From positions 177,880,001 through 177,944,000 of the forward strand of contig NC_058368.1 in the NCBI RefSeq assembly GCF_018350175.1: a DNA stretch of 64,000 bases, in the 5' to 3' direction. The translations under genes and the position numbers were made by a program. Positions within the stretch are counted from its first letter, which is position 1. Every line of letters begins with the position of its first letter. The notes beneath the pieces are model-generated. The model searched no databases. It worked only from the letters and a program-made list of their open reading frames with translations, and had not been told where the DNA came from. The stretch comes from Felis catus. Taxonomy: Eukaryota. Below are positions 63,575 to 64,000 of the stretch, piece by piece.

Positions 63575-64000
63575 TACTAGTAATTAATAAAAATTTTTAA
63601 AAGTAAGATATCTTCAATTATTAGACTTGCAAAGATTGCAAAGAAGTATAAACATGGAAAAATCATAGAGAAACACTAACGTTTTTGTATATGGTACTGG
63701 TGAGGTATAAACTGGTTCAATCTTTATGGAAAGAAAATGCAATCCATACAAACATTTTTTTGCATTTATTCTTTCATTCAGTAATTTTATTTCTAGGAAT
63801 TATTGGGGATATACTTATAGAACATATATGTATAGGAATGTTTAACACAGAATGTAATATTTTTAAAAATCTAAGCATACTAAATCTGTATACTAAAGAC
63901 AGATTAACCTGTATGATGCATCCATAAAATGGAATACAACCACTAAAAAGACAGGACTGTATATGTCAATAAAAGTAAAAATCAAGTTCTAATTATGATA
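63575..64000 (+). mobile_element. Old LINE-1 3' fragment, running off the window
   Basis: actggtgaggtataaactggttcaatctttatggaaag...cagtaattttatttctaggaatt...catccataaaatggaatac. Confidence 0.65.

Noticed and set aside
1..64000. Naming a host gene, or claiming a novel biological system
   Set aside because: No exon is present to identify a gene, and every recognisable structure fits known mammalian repeat or regulatory biology

Overview
AT-rich mammalian genomic DNA, assignable to a cat (Felidae) from about 20 tRNA-derived carnivore SINEs (CanSINE/SINEC), six of them near-identical feline SINEC_Fc-type copies. I find no protein-coding exon, RNA gene or CpG-island promoter. The listed ORFs are chance ORFs, SINE or microsatellite translations, or decayed LINE-1 ORF1/ORF2 fragments. 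The window looks like the inside of a large intron or gene desert. It holds LINE-1 clusters (about 16.9-25.4 kb and 54.9-64 kb), L2/MIR relics, a MER21-like solo LTR, MaLR LTR fragments, Tigger2 and hAT (MER20, MER58, Charlie1, MER5) DNA-transposon relics, and microsatellites. Between these lie repeat-poor blocks that look like conserved non-coding or enhancer DNA. I cannot name the host gene. I found no convincing previously undescribed biological system. The best-supported curiosities are retrotransposition mechanics: a twin-primed inverted L1 with a possible short 3' transduction, a tail-less internal L1 fragment inside an older L1, two SINEs at one target site, multi-layer nesting, and two young SINE sub-lineages. 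Repeat family names come from remembered consensus sequences, not a database search. Boundaries without a stated TSD are approximate.
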